Positions 47,442 to 57,633 of a stretch of DNA of 64,000 nt are shown here, piece after piece. The translations under genes and the position numbers were made by a program. Location of the stretch: positions 64,001-128,000 of the IMG/VR virus record IMGVR_UViG_3300037400_005963. The stretch is one strand, 5' to 3'. Numbering within the stretch: position 1 is the stretch's first letter; every line of letters begins with the position of its first letter. The notes under the pieces are model-generated. The model did not search any database, was not told the DNA's origin, and saw nothing but the letters and a program-made list of their open reading frames with translations. This DNA is from a virus (lineage: Duplodnaviria > Caudoviricetes).

Positions 47442-47899
47442 TCTCCTTTTGCTAATTTATCTACGTAATTATTCCATTTTGCTTTTGGATCCATTATACT
47501 TTTAGGTTGATGTCCCTTTACCCAACGAAAGTCTATAATTCCTTTTAATTTTTTTGATTCTATTTCTTTATTAATTAAAGAATAAAGGATTTTTATATAA
47601 GGTTTATTGATCTTCCATTCATTTTTTAACCATTTCCCCACGCCCTCATAGTCAGTATATACTATAACTTCCTTAGCGTTCTTAGGAATATTAAATTTTC
47701 TAAGGGCCTGTAAAACTCCCATCATTTCAGTCGTCGGGTTACTAACATCTGAGGTCTTAATAATTTCTTTTAGGTATTTAGGAGTTAATTCTAGGGAGAA
47801 TTCATCTACTAGATTTCCAGAAATTAACATAACCCCACCACAGCCTAAACGACCAGTGGTTTTAAAATGCGATCCATCAGTAAAAATCTCTACATTCAT
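47438..47899 (-). CDS. rnhA: Ribonuclease HI
   Basis: FTDGS, NPTTE, YTDY, WVKGH, NNYVDKLA: complete catalytic set. Confidence 0.9.
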   Translation of the reverse strand: MNVEIFTDGSHFKTTGRLGCGGVMLISGNLVDEFSLELTPKYLKEIIKTSDVSNPTTEMMGVLQALRKFNIPKNAKEVIVYTDYEGVGKWLKNEWKINKPYIKILYSLINKEIESKKLKGIIDFRWVKGHQPKSIMDPKAKWNNYVDKLAKGE

Positions 47900-48327
47900 A
47901 TTTCTATTTGTCTATTTACATCTGAATATTCGAACGGTGGAAGTTCTGGGAAAATTTTTCTTAATTCTTTTGTCCCAATCTCACAGATATCTCCAAGAGT
48001 ATTCAGTGCGTCTGCCTTTTCAATAAAATTTTGACAAAACCTAGTCATTAGATATATTATCTTACTAGGATCATCCTGAATATTTTTTTGTTTTTCATGG
48101 AGAACTCTATTCCCGTGATTTTCTGAAAATTTTTGAAATAGATCAATCCATTTCCAAGGAATTAGAAGTGATGTTCCTGAGTATAGATAATACACAAGAT
48201 ATCCAGAACTATTCATCCTTCCAACGGTTAATTCTCCTATTTGCCTATCAATATCTTTCTCCGGGCCGTTTTTTGTTTCCTGATAACCCAGTTGAATAAA
48301 TTCCTGTAATAATTGTATTAAATTCAT
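47896..48327 (-). CDS. Hypothetical protein
   Basis: ORF track. Confidence 0.6.
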   Translation of the reverse strand: MNLIQLLQEFIQLGYQETKNGPEKDIDRQIGELTVGRMNSSGYLVYYLYSGTSLLIPWKWIDLFQKFSENHGNRVLHEKQKNIQDDPSKIIYLMTRFCQNFIEKADALNTLGDICEIGTKELRKIFPELPPFEYSDVNRQIEI

Positions 48328-48575
48328 TTGATAGTTATATAAAAATTTATCAATGCATTATCCGTTAGAACTACCGTTAATGTTTCTCTAAATACTTCAT
48401 ATCCAGTGGAGTCGCATAATTGTTTTTTATAGCCAACTAGATCTAGAAAGTTATCTAAATCTTCTTGAAGATAAAAAGTAATTGATAAGGCTCCATTAGA
48501 TATCGCGTAAGTAACAAAAACGGAATAGGGATATATCTCGTGTTTTTCTAGATACTCAATAACATCTTCTACCAT
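48324..48575 (-). CDS. Hypothetical protein
   Basis: ORF track. Confidence 0.6.
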   Translation of the reverse strand: MVEDVIEYLEKHEIYPYSVFVTYAISNGALSITFYLQEDLDNFLDLVGYKKQLCDSTGYEVFRETLTVVLTDNALINFYITIK

Positions 48576-48994
48576 TCTATTTCTTTTATTTTATTAATTA
48601 ATAAGCCAGAAGAATTCAAAATGTCTCGTAATACTGACCTATGACAGATTTCACTGTTACTTCCATAACCTAGTAACACTACCGCCTTAGCATTACATAT
48701 ATTTCTTAAATTTTCTAGTCGTTTTATTATTGACTCTGATGTAATGTGTTTAATCTCTTCTCTGTACTTCTCTTTGAACTCCTCAATATTTATTTTTTGA
48801 TCCCTTTTTGCTTGGTAGAGTTCATTACTGGGGGATAGGTCTCTTAAGTGAATAACACTATCACTATATCCCCCAATTAGTTCGGAGTTTCTAATGTTTC
48901 TAAGAACGAAAGTAGGAAGAATTTCATTTTGTTTAAACATCTTCATGGTTAGCGGCGACACAAAAGATGTATAAATTAATAGATTGCTGCTCAT
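48569..48994 (-). CDS. DUF488/YeaO-like protein
   Basis: LSPSNEL...FKEKYREE...VVLL...CHRSVL. Confidence 0.7.
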   Translation of the reverse strand: MSSNLLIYTSFVSPLTMKMFKQNEILPTFVLRNIRNSELIGGYSDSVIHLRDLSPSNELYQAKRDQKINIEEFKEKYREEIKHITSESIIKRLENLRNICNAKAVVLLGYGSNSEICHRSVLRDILNSSGLLINKIKEIEW

Positions 48995-49399
48995 TTAAAA
49001 ATTATTTCCTCCAAATTTCCTATACGCGGATCTAAATCCCGTAGCACTAGCTAATCCACTACTCGGCTTCTTTTTCTTTTCTCCACCCTGTTGCTGTCCG
49101 TTTCCCGAACCATTAAACCTTTGTGAAGATACCTGAAAACCACTAGGAGCCTGATTGAGTCTTTTTACCAGCTTAAGATTTCCCTCTATTATTCCTTTCA
49201 TGGTGTATGAATCGATGTGATATGATATATTCGGACTTTTAAGAATGTCCTCCTGAATCATTCCGGAATCTAAGAGAAATTTATTTAAAATACAGAGAGC
49301 CTCAGTTAAATTAGCAGAAACCATTAAGGAATCTGAACTGGGCTCGTATATTTTAAAGTACTGTTTTTGTGGATCGAAGTTTATTACAATTTCTATCAT
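48995..49399 (-). CDS. Hypothetical protein
   Basis: ORF track. Confidence 0.6.
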   Translation of the reverse strand: MIEIVINFDPQKQYFKIYEPSSDSLMVSANLTEALCILNKFLLDSGMIQEDILKSPNISYHIDSYTMKGIIEGNLKLVKRLNQAPSGFQVSSQRFNGSGNGQQQGGEKKKKPSSGLASATGFRSAYRKFGGNNF

Positions 49400-49755
49400 C
49401 TCCTGCCACCAACGGGACCTTGGCCTGGATTACCGTGTCCTCCTCCATGACTTGGGGGAGGAGTTGAAGGTCTTACCCCATGATTCCCTCCGTGTGATGG
49501 AGGTGGGGGAGTAATTCCACCGGGTCTGCCTGGACGACCTGGGTTATGTGGCCTTCCGGGGGGAGGTGGTGGTGTAGGTCTATAGTGTCTGTGATAATAG
49601 TAATAGGGTCTAATTGGGTGGTAGTATCTATATCCGCCTAAATAAATAGTAGTTTGTGGAACTGGATCTACAACATCAACGTATAGTTCATCACTACAAC
49701 CACAGAATAGGATTCCTACAAAAAGAATCGCTAATGTAATCATTAACTTTTTCAT
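49396..49755 (-). CDS. Pro/Gly/His-rich lipoprotein (start moved to MKKLMI)
   Basis: Signal peptide ending LFCGC; PPPPSHGG repeats. Confidence 0.65.
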   Translation of the reverse strand: MKKLMITLAILFVGILFCGCSDELYVDVVDPVPQTTIYLGGYRYYHPIRPYYYYHRHYRPTPPPPPGRPHNPGRPGRPGGITPPPPSHGGNHGVRPSTPPPSHGGGHGNPGQGPVGGRR

Positions 49756-50207
49756 AACATTATTAAAATTCCTATGATTATTCCTAATATCCCACCAGCA
49801 CCGCCAGCAAACCAAGCTTTCTTTTTTGCTTTTTTATTTTCGGTTGCTAACTTATCATTCTGATTAGATAAGTTAACATTTTCTGTAGCTAATTGGGTAG
49901 CTTGTTCGATGTAGTAGGCCTCTTTTTTCTTTTCTCTCTCTTCTTGTGCTACTATAATAGAATCTTTTAGACAAAGCCTAGTTGAATCTATTTTAGCAGC
50001 TTCCCTTAGAAGACCATTCTCCTTCTTGGTCCATTCAAATTCTTCAATAATTCCATTAATGGTTGATAAATTTTTTGGAGTAATTTGAACTAATGTATCT
50101 CCATTTATGACAACCTTTTCCTGCGCATTCCCCAGAAAAGTAAAAGAAAAGAGGAATACGACAAAGATAAATATTTTCTTACTCTTCATCTTCATACTTA
50201 TCTTCAT
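49752..50207 (-). CDS. Exported coiled-coil protein with C-terminal TM helix (spanin-like)
   Basis: Signal peptide, heptads, GGAGGILGIIIGILIML. Confidence 0.5.
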   Translation of the reverse strand: MKISMKMKSKKIFIFVVFLFSFTFLGNAQEKVVINGDTLVQITPKNLSTINGIIEEFEWTKKENGLLREAAKIDSTRLCLKDSIIVAQEEREKKKEAYYIEQATQLATENVNLSNQNDKLATENKKAKKKAWFAGGAGGILGIIIGILIML

Positions 50208-50520
50208 ATTCTTCTAGTTTATTTCTTAAATATATTATACCACTATCAAGAGGCAATTTTTTAATACTATCTGCCTTGATATATTTTATCTTGGTTATAA
50301 CTTTAATGTTATCTCTTACTTTTTCCGCTTTTCCTTTCTCTTTTATTTCAGTCTTCCATAAAGTATCTATTTTATTTTGCTCTTTAATATAGACTGTATC
50401 TGGAACTACTACAGGCGGAATAGAAATCGGTTTTGACCGATTGAAGACATATTTATCCATTAATACGCCTAGGCCAAAACCGATTAGTAATATAATAATT
50501 ATACTAAGAATCTTTTTCAT
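50179..50520 (-). CDS. N-terminally anchored protein (spanin-like partner)
   Basis: TM helix; overlaps the previous gene. Confidence 0.5.
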   Translation of the reverse strand: MKKILSIIIILLIGFGLGVLMDKYVFNRSKPISIPPVVVPDTVYIKEQNKIDTLWKTEIKEKGKAEKVRDNIKVITKIKYIKADSIKKLPLDSGIIYLRNKLEEYEDKYEDEE

Positions 50521-51073
50521 TTACTAAAATTCCGATCCGATATTCTGTATCGGATTCTTTCTTATAGTTTACTTTGAGATGATATATCTTAAAATCATCT
50601 CCCAAATCCTGGATGGCATGAATATCCCAGCCCTCTGTGGAATCTAGCTGACTTTTAAGATACATTAATCGTCTAAGTCGTTTTCCCAAGATGTTCATTT
50701 CTGCTGCATTAGCTGATAAGAGTTGTTCGTTTAGTTTTTTAATCAACTCCTCCGTTTCTTCTAAATTCAACAGCTTCTCTTGAGTTTCGCCGATTCCATA
50801 TTGAGTGGGTGTTTCACTAGTAACGGTATTAATGAAAATACCGTCTCTTTTCTCACTCTTTATTTCAACCAGCTTCGCGGTGTATTTATCACAGACGTTT
50901 ATTGCATTTGTTATATTATTTAGCTGATCTAGCGAAGTTGTCATACCAAGACTGACAAATACTCCAGTTGGCTGAACAAACTCCTCTCCATCTAAACTGT
51001 TAATATAAAATGTCTTAAACTTCGATTGATAAAACATACTAACTAGTTCATATACTTTTTCTCTACTTACCAT
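50504..51073 (-). CDS. Hypothetical protein
   Basis: ORF track. Confidence 0.65.
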   Translation of the reverse strand: MVSREKVYELVSMFYQSKFKTFYINSLDGEEFVQPTGVFVSLGMTTSLDQLNNITNAINVCDKYTAKLVEIKSEKRDGIFINTVTSETPTQYGIGETQEKLLNLEETEELIKKLNEQLLSANAAEMNILGKRLRRLMYLKSQLDSTEGWDIHAIQDLGDDFKIYHLKVNYKKESDTEYRIGILVNEKDS

Positions 51074-52836
51074 GATGAATAACTGTTATTGAAATTTTTC
51101 ACAACTATATTTTTGAACTTTTGATTATAGTTGCTTCTTCCGTAGTTAAATCCCCAGAGAGAATAATCTCCCATGGATTTTTCTTCCTCTGCCCACTCTT
51201 GCAAGTAGTCTTCAAAGTCAGACACAATTACGAGAGTTGCACTATTATCGTAGTGTTCTTTAAAATATTTTATACCTCTAGCTAACCTAGTTCCTCCACC
51301 TACATGGATTCTTGGAATCGAATTTTTTGGGTCAATATCTTTAATATGCTCTCCCAGACCTGTATTCCAAGAGATAATATCGTATTTTAATCCACGACCG
51401 GTTCCACATTTTCTCATCTTCTTAGCGATAGTATTTAGAATTCTATCAACTAAGCGAGTATCCATAGAGCCTGAGATGTCAATTAAATATACAATCTTAG
51501 GATCGTAGACCATAGTTACTTGACTACTCATCGACGGCGCAATTACTTTTCGATTTATTCCACGATTATAATTCTTCATTACATCACGGACGATCTCTCG
51601 CTTAACTACTTTATTCTTGTAGTTTCTAATTACTTCATCGATCGCTTCGTCAACTGGATCTAGAGTTTTGTTAACCTCCCTTAAGAAATCTCCGCCAGGA
51701 CCATTTCCACAACCTGTTCCTCCACAGGCAGTAATTTGACCTAAGGATCTTTTCACGTCGGTTGAATCTCTTTCCTCAGTTCCATGATCTATTCTTCTTC
51801 CCTGTCGCTGAAGATCTTTTAATTCAGATGATCCAGCTTTTCCACCAGAGTTAGAATCGTCATGTTTTCCTAAAGAGTCAATGATCTCATCAAAACTAGG
51901 ATCTTTTCCCTTTCCGTCCTTGTCCTGACCTTGTCCCTTGCCGGGTTGTTTCTCTGTCATTCCCAATTGCTGGAGAAGTTCATCTAATCCCGTAGAAGCA
52001 TTACCATTTCCGAGTTGCTCCAACATATTCTTCACATCCTCGGAAGAAATATTCTGAGTATCACCACTACCTCCCATCTTAATGCTAACCAGCATTTTAA
52101 CGAATTGATCTAGATTTTTAATTATCATAATCAAATATTCTGGGTAAGATAGTTCATCGGAGAAAGGAGATCCATCTGGATGATGATAGCGATTTGGTAA
52201 TATAAGTTTGATTTTAGACTCTTCCTTCATTTGGTTGAGTTTATCTTCAATTGCTTTTTTTAATACCTCTTCCTCTACTTTATCTTTTAATTCCTCAAGG
52301 ATTTCCGTTCCAGTGTCTGGCAAGATACTAGTAAGTTCTGCCTCCATCTCTTCAATATCTTCGTTGCTAAGAATCTTGGTGTTTACTTCCATATCCATAG
52401 CAATATTATGAAGACTATGATTTAAGATAGGATCATCGATTACTTTTTCGATTAATTTTTCAGCGAAATCAATTCCACAGTTTTTATTGATCTGATCTAT
52501 TAATTCGCCTCGGTATAGCTTGAATACATTACATATTCTTCTATCAAGTTCCTCATGTAAACCATCTAGGTGACCTAAGTAGATATGCCCTAATTCGTGA
52601 AGTTTTATCCTGTAATCTGTATGCTCCAATCCAGTTGTATTGCATACCACATTATAGACAATCAGTTCACGACCGGAATCGATATCAATTGTTTTAAATC
52701 GATATGAATAACCTAAGTCCGGTTTCTGAGGAGAGAACTTTCCATCAGTCTTCACTCGCAACGAGTTTCCAAATCTGTTATAAGCACTCGTTACGAAATT
52801 TTCAACTATTTCCAGTTCTGAATATTTTCTTTTCAT
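51067..52836 (-). CDS. Zincin-like metallopeptidase + VWA domain protein
   Basis: HELGH..LGH, NIAMDMEVN; MIDAS DISGS, GGGT, VSD. Confidence 0.85.
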   Translation of the reverse strand: MKRKYSELEIVENFVTSAYNRFGNSLRVKTDGKFSPQKPDLGYSYRFKTIDIDSGRELIVYNVVCNTTGLEHTDYRIKLHELGHIYLGHLDGLHEELDRRICNVFKLYRGELIDQINKNCGIDFAEKLIEKVIDDPILNHSLHNIAMDMEVNTKILSNEDIEEMEAELTSILPDTGTEILEELKDKVEEEVLKKAIEDKLNQMKEESKIKLILPNRYHHPDGSPFSDELSYPEYLIMIIKNLDQFVKMLVSIKMGGSGDTQNISSEDVKNMLEQLGNGNASTGLDELLQQLGMTEKQPGKGQGQDKDGKGKDPSFDEIIDSLGKHDDSNSGGKAGSSELKDLQRQGRRIDHGTEERDSTDVKRSLGQITACGGTGCGNGPGGDFLREVNKTLDPVDEAIDEVIRNYKNKVVKREIVRDVMKNYNRGINRKVIAPSMSSQVTMVYDPKIVYLIDISGSMDTRLVDRILNTIAKKMRKCGTGRGLKYDIISWNTGLGEHIKDIDPKNSIPRIHVGGGTRLARGIKYFKEHYDNSATLVIVSDFEDYLQEWAEEEKSMGDYSLWGFNYGRSNYNQKFKNIVVKNFNNSYSSW

Positions 52837-52838
52837 CT

Positions 52839-54359
52839 TTAGAATGATTTAATCTCAGCTGTCGATTCAACAAGAGCGGCCTGAGTTTTCATCAGTAATC
52901 TCTTAATAGTCTTTATCTTAAATAAAACTTTTCTGAGCTTTATATGGGTATTAGTAACAGAATCTTTGGCAGTTCTATCATAACCACGCTTTGGATCATT
53001 AACGAGACTATCTACTTCTGTTGCTAATGTTGCAATTAAATTCCAGTAAACGACATCACCTGCATATTGTTCTACAGTAACTGGACAAACTGATTCAGCT
53101 GATGCATCTGGATTAACTTTGTACTTAGAGATTCTCTGAGAAGATTTAATTAAGCAACCGTTAATTTTGCTTACTAAATCAGAATCAATAGGTCTCTCTA
53201 TACTCTTTAATTCACCATCTGATTTAAGCTCGTTTAATTTATTGATGACTGCATTAAGAACTGGTGCTTCTAATACGGTAGAATCACTTACAATATTATC
53301 CTTGAAGAAATTCTCGTACTCGGGAAGTTTATTATTATTCATTTTCTCAATGTCTCCAATCACCTCAGCCATAGAATCATAGTAATCCTTAGCTACTCTA
53401 GATTTCTTTACTTCACCGTTATCGTCTCTACTAAGTGCTAGTCCAACAAGACCATTAACCATGTTCAAGTAGTTCTTAGAAATGATTCCATCTTTTCCGA
53501 AACAGATGAATGAAGCAACAGTAACGTCACGTAAATAGTTCAGAGTACGATATGTAATGAATCCGGGTAAGGTTTCATCACCATCCAAGTCTGAGTATAT
53601 ATTAGACAATTCAGTAACTTTTGGATTGAATACTTTATCACCAGATGTCATAAGTTGTTCCGTTACTAACTTAATCTGTCTTTCGATATATTCTCCGATT
53701 TTATCTACGTTCTCCTTAGTATATTCCTTTTCCTGTTCGTCCATTTCCTTCATGGCCTTTATCAAAGTATCTTTCAGGTCCTTTCTATTTCCACTAATAG
53801 AACCAGTATACTTGCAAAGGAACATGTCTAAGTCATTCTTTTCAGGCACAATGTTATAAATACAAAATCTATTCATCAATGGTGGAAGCATTATCATTGA
53901 ATTGCTCAGGTTATTAGCATAGTTACCCGCTGATACAATCAATGTGCTCTCTGGTAATCTTTCTCGACCTACCATTCTCTCAAACACCAGATGAAGAAGT
54001 GCTGCCTGAACGTAGTCATTCGCAGTTGTAATCTCATCCAAGAACAAAAGACTCTTCTTTCCCTTTGCGTCATTATCCAAGATATCCTGGAACCAATCTG
54101 GACGTAATCTAATTGTAGATCTATCGACTGATGTATCCGTTGGTGCAATTGGATAACCGAGAATACTTTCGGGACTCTCAGAGTTACCTCTTACCAAGAT
54201 CAATTCATATCCTCTTACCTCAGAGAATAATTCAACTGTCTTAGTCTTACCAATACCTGGATTACCTACTAACATAAAGGGACATTCATCCTTTACTTTC
54301 TCTGCCACTTTCAACGCGGCAAAAATTTGCATGTTAATTGAATTGTTCAAATTTGCCAT
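52839..54359 (-). CDS. MoxR-type AAA+ ATPase
   Basis: GNPGIGKT, LFLDE, SAGN, PLMNRF. Confidence 0.85.
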   Translation of the reverse strand: MANLNNSINMQIFAALKVAEKVKDECPFMLVGNPGIGKTKTVELFSEVRGYELILVRGNSESPESILGYPIAPTDTSVDRSTIRLRPDWFQDILDNDAKGKKSLLFLDEITTANDYVQAALLHLVFERMVGRERLPESTLIVSAGNYANNLSNSMIMLPPLMNRFCIYNIVPEKNDLDMFLCKYTGSISGNRKDLKDTLIKAMKEMDEQEKEYTKENVDKIGEYIERQIKLVTEQLMTSGDKVFNPKVTELSNIYSDLDGDETLPGFITYRTLNYLRDVTVASFICFGKDGIISKNYLNMVNGLVGLALSRDDNGEVKKSRVAKDYYDSMAEVIGDIEKMNNNKLPEYENFFKDNIVSDSTVLEAPVLNAVINKLNELKSDGELKSIERPIDSDLVSKINGCLIKSSQRISKYKVNPDASAESVCPVTVEQYAGDVVYWNLIATLATEVDSLVNDPKRGYDRTAKDSVTNTHIKLRKVLFKIKTIKRLLMKTQAALVESTAEIKSF

Positions 54360-54433
54360 TTTTCTTTAATTAAATTTTAAACATTATCAACTATAAGATT
54401 TTAAGGGGGATTAGAAATTACTTTTAAATATTT

Positions 54434-54563
54434 AAAAAAGTCGGAGATTTAGCTAAGAGTAGTTCAAGAATAAATAATTATTCAAGTGCACCTAACCACT
54501 CTTAACGTATCTCCTAGATATTCTAAAAATGAATATCGAATCCGCACTATAGCGAAATTCCTC
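54434..54563 (-). ncRNA. Structured ~130-nt small RNA candidate
   Basis: Promoter 54573-54563; hairpins CGC/GCG and GATATTC/GAATATC, long stem GGAGAT..TAAGAGTGGTT/AACTACTCTTA..ATCTCC, U-tract; the next gene has its own promoter at 54398. Confidence 0.5.
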
Positions 54564-54690
54564 ACATATAAGGAAACATTCAACCATTTAGAGGTGAATT
54601 GTGGATTTGAAATGGAAGAAAATCAGATAAAGTCCTATGTATCACCTTATTAGTAATAATATATAATTTCAAAACACAATAATATAAATA

Positions 54691-55455
54691 ATGAAGGAAG
54701 ATGAGTTAAAAAAAGATGGCGCTACTATTTATTGTATAATACAGCTAGCCTTTATTAATAATGTATTTCCAGACCTTTTTCATGAACTACAGAAAATTTC
54801 AGATAAAACTGAAGATTTAGATAAGAGTGTAGATCAAGTAGATGAGATGACTAATTCTGCTATGTCTGAAGTTTGTTTAGTAATGAAGTGGGGGAAAACC
54901 TTTTGTTTTTATGGTAGTAAGGGAAAAGCCGGAAGAACGAAAGCTTATGATACAAATTGTGGTGATTATAAGCCTGCTGCAGTTTTTAGCAGTTTAGATT
55001 CTAGAATAGAAGGAAAAATTCATAAAATATTAAGCGAACATCAACGTTCTGGTATTTTATACGGGAAAGGAATGATATTAGGAGAAAAAGTTGAATTTTA
55101 CAATGTAAACAAAAGTCTTTGGAGATTTTTGATTTATTTGATTAGAATATATAATAAAGGGAAAGGAAGAAAAGACTTAATGTCGTTCATTGACAATGTT
55201 TATAATGTATACGAAGCTTTTTCATATGAACCGGGAATAAAATTAAGTCTAGATTGTGCAGGAATTAAACTATCCAGCATTAGCGATGAATGTCTAAACG
55301 GTTGTATTAATATTAGAAAGAGAGCTCTTAAGATTATTGAAAAAATTCCAGGAGTAATGTCAAAGGTAGAAAATTGTATCAAAGAAGAAATTAAACTATG
55401 CGATGAAGAATCAAATAGGAGACAGATAAATAAACAAAAGGAGATTACTGATTAA
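54691..55455 (+). CDS. Hypothetical protein
   Basis: Promoter 54645. Confidence 0.65.
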   Translation: MKEDELKKDGATIYCIIQLAFINNVFPDLFHELQKISDKTEDLDKSVDQVDEMTNSAMSEVCLVMKWGKTFCFYGSKGKAGRTKAYDTNCGDYKPAAVFSSLDSRIEGKIHKILSEHQRSGILYGKGMILGEKVEFYNVNKSLWRFLIYLIRIYNKGKGRKDLMSFIDNVYNVYEAFSYEPGIKLSLDCAGIKLSSISDECLNGCINIRKRALKIIEKIPGVMSKVENCIKEEIKLCDEESNRRQINKQKEITD

Positions 55456-55590
55456 AGTAATCTCTTTTTCTTTAAATCCTTCGCCTAGTGAAGTAGTTCT
55501 CAACTGGTAATACTAGTATTCGATATAGTATTACAACTATTATAAAGATCGGAACTAATATCATTAATAGAAGTATAATCGGTACTTTCT

Positions 55591-55836
55591 TCATATTCCT
55601 TCATTAGTATCGCCTAAGCAATAACTCTTTTCTTGTTTATTAAGTTCTCTTAAGATTTTAATAGAATCTAATCGATCTTGCTGTTTTCTTCGAAATTCCC
55701 TATATTCTTGTATTCCGATAGTTTTTTCAATAGTGTCATTATTACATTCAGTAATAGCACAATTGGTCTCGCGTTGTTCACAGTTGCAAGAAATGCAAAT
55801 CAATAATAAAATAGTAAAAATAATTGTCTTTTTCAT
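55591..55836 (-). CDS. Small lipoprotein
   Basis: MKKTIIFTILLLICISC; promoter at 55874. Confidence 0.6.
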   Translation of the reverse strand: MKKTIIFTILLLICISCNCEQRETNCAITECNNDTIEKTIGIQEYREFRRKQQDRLDSIKILRELNKQEKSYCLGDTNEGI

Positions 55837-55929
55837 GTCTTTAAATTTTTGTTATCTTATTTATATATATAAGGGGATATCGGGCTAAATTATTTTTCCG
55901 TCCATATTTAACATAATACCCTTATATAT

Positions 55930-56917
55930 AGATAGATAAGTATATTAATATTTATCTGATCCACGTATCTGAAACGAATGATACTAACTTATATAAGCAT
56001 ACTAAAGGTGACTTGCGGGAACTTATATAAGGACAGCTGATTAAGGTGGAAATCAGGTTCGTTTGGGCGAACAGAAAATAGGCAAGTGCGTATAAAGAAT
56101 TTAGTTATGGAGAATTATACGTATAGGCCCAAAGCGTTAAAGGTTATGGAGACAAATTATTAGAGGCCCAGAATGCAACTAAACAATTATATTTATATAT
56201 GTTGCATAGGGCTTTATATAAAAATAAATAAATAAAAATAAACAGTTAAATTCGGAGAGAATTTAACATCGGCAATATGCGAAGAGGTGAAGAACTTCTT
56301 AGTGCAGTGCCAAAACCGAAGTAACTTAGATATCTAGGTGAACTTTGAAATGAGATTGATGAATTAACTGTATTATTCACTTTCTCAGAGTAGGAGGTCG
56401 GCGATATTTAGGGAGAAGAAATACAGCTTCTTATTATAGGAGAGTCTATATAGATCGAAGAGATACTTGCGAGGCCTATAATTAAATATCACAAATCCCA
56501 AGGAGAGAAACCTTAGGTAATATAAACTTTTATGAGACAATAACAAAAAAAAAACAATAACTATGAAAAATTTTAAACTTTACCAAGCGATTTGCTTGGT
56601 GCTGATGGCGGTATTTTATATTGCCGCAGTGTGGTCACATAATGAAGTGGCTACAAATATTGATTTAGCCCTTTTCGGGGCTTCATTCGCAGGCGTAATT
56701 ACCTGCCAAATCCTCAAATATAAAAAGAGGATTTCTTAAAAAAAACAACGGGTCTCCATACGTAAGTGTGGGGCCCGTATCTTAACAACCTTTATAACAC
56801 GTAACCTAAGAGGAATAAAATAACTTTTAGAACACAGGATTACCGGAGAGCGCTGCTCAAGACCGGTGCTCCCGCCCGTGTGAAGATATTGATACATTTA
56901 CTGTATCTTTATTTTTT
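55930..56917 (+). ncRNA. Large structured RNA candidate (~990 nt) with an embedded small ORF
   Basis: Promoter 55920-55930; 630 nt without an ORF but with many hairpins and pseudoknot-compatible pairings; terminator-like end 56891-56917. Confidence 0.6.
56563..56739 (+). CDS. 58-aa two-helix membrane protein (not in track)
   Basis: MKNFKLYQAICLVLMAVFYIAAVW...LALFGASFAGVITCQILKYKKRIS; strong A-rich start context. Confidence 0.6.
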   Translation: MKNFKLYQAICLVLMAVFYIAAVWSHNEVATNIDLALFGASFAGVITCQILKYKKRIS

Positions 56918-56975
56918 CAGTTTTCTAAGTACTTACTCCCTTATAATTGTAGAATTATAAAAATAATAATATATA

Positions 56976-57344
56976 ATGAAAAGAAATAAGTTAGATAATT
57001 TAATTGCGAAGTTGGTGAAAGAATTAGAGGCTTCGGAAGAATATCAAGATTTCAAAGAAGAAGTTTATGATACTTTGAAAAAAACGGTGGAAGAATATAG
57101 GGAAGGATCAAACGATACAATTGAGGAGATGTATGAAGAAATCTCATATCCGCCAATAGAAAGTATAAATTCATATGCTCAATCACTTACGGGTTTACTA
57201 GTTAAAGAAAATATATTAGACCCAAATAAACTAACAGATGAAGATAGAATGTATATTTCAGATCAGATTGCTTTATATTGGATAGAGGTAAGAAAAGAAA
57301 TGTGCAAAAAAATCTTGGGAATAAAAAAGAAAGGTGGAAATTAA
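56976..57344 (+). CDS. Acidic hypothetical protein
   Basis: Promoter 56939. Confidence 0.65.
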   Translation: MKRNKLDNLIAKLVKELEASEEYQDFKEEVYDTLKKTVEEYREGSNDTIEEMYEEISYPPIESINSYAQSLTGLLVKENILDPNKLTDEDRMYISDQIALYWIEVRKEMCKKILGIKKKGGN

Positions 57345-57358
57345 TTCCACCCTTATTT

Positions 57359-57553
57359 TTACTTTTTCTTTTTTACTTTATTTATGTCTTTAATTAACTT
57401 ATCATTAAGCGTATTCATTGCTTTGTAAAGTTTATCCCAAGATTTCTCATATTTAGTTCCTCGAAGATGCATACCTCCATGAATCATTTCATTTCCGCCC
57501 CTCATTATATGTTTCTGGGCAGATCTCAATTCTTGTTCATTTAACTCAATCAT
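57359..57553 (-). CDS. Hypothetical protein (start moved to MIELNE)
   Basis: ORF track. Confidence 0.55.
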   Translation of the reverse strand: MIELNEQELRSAQKHIMRGGNEMIHGGMHLRGTKYEKSWDKLYKAMNTLNDKLIKDINKVKKKK

Positions 57554-57633
57554 ACTATAAATAAAGTAATAAATAAAGTTTATAAAAATAGAGAGTACAA
57601 TATTTAGCATATTAGTACTCCCATTTAATTAAT

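Noticed and set aside
56086-56880. Group II intron (GTGCG at 56086, domain V-like hairpin at 56842-56867, ORF in a loop)
   Set aside because: No AGC/CGC catalytic triad, no domain VI, no RT/maturase and no interrupted gene; at most a distant derivative
56011-56890. Group I intron (TTGCGGGAA and GAAGATAT resemble P and S elements)
   Set aside because: Could not find the R element/P7 pairing or flanking exons
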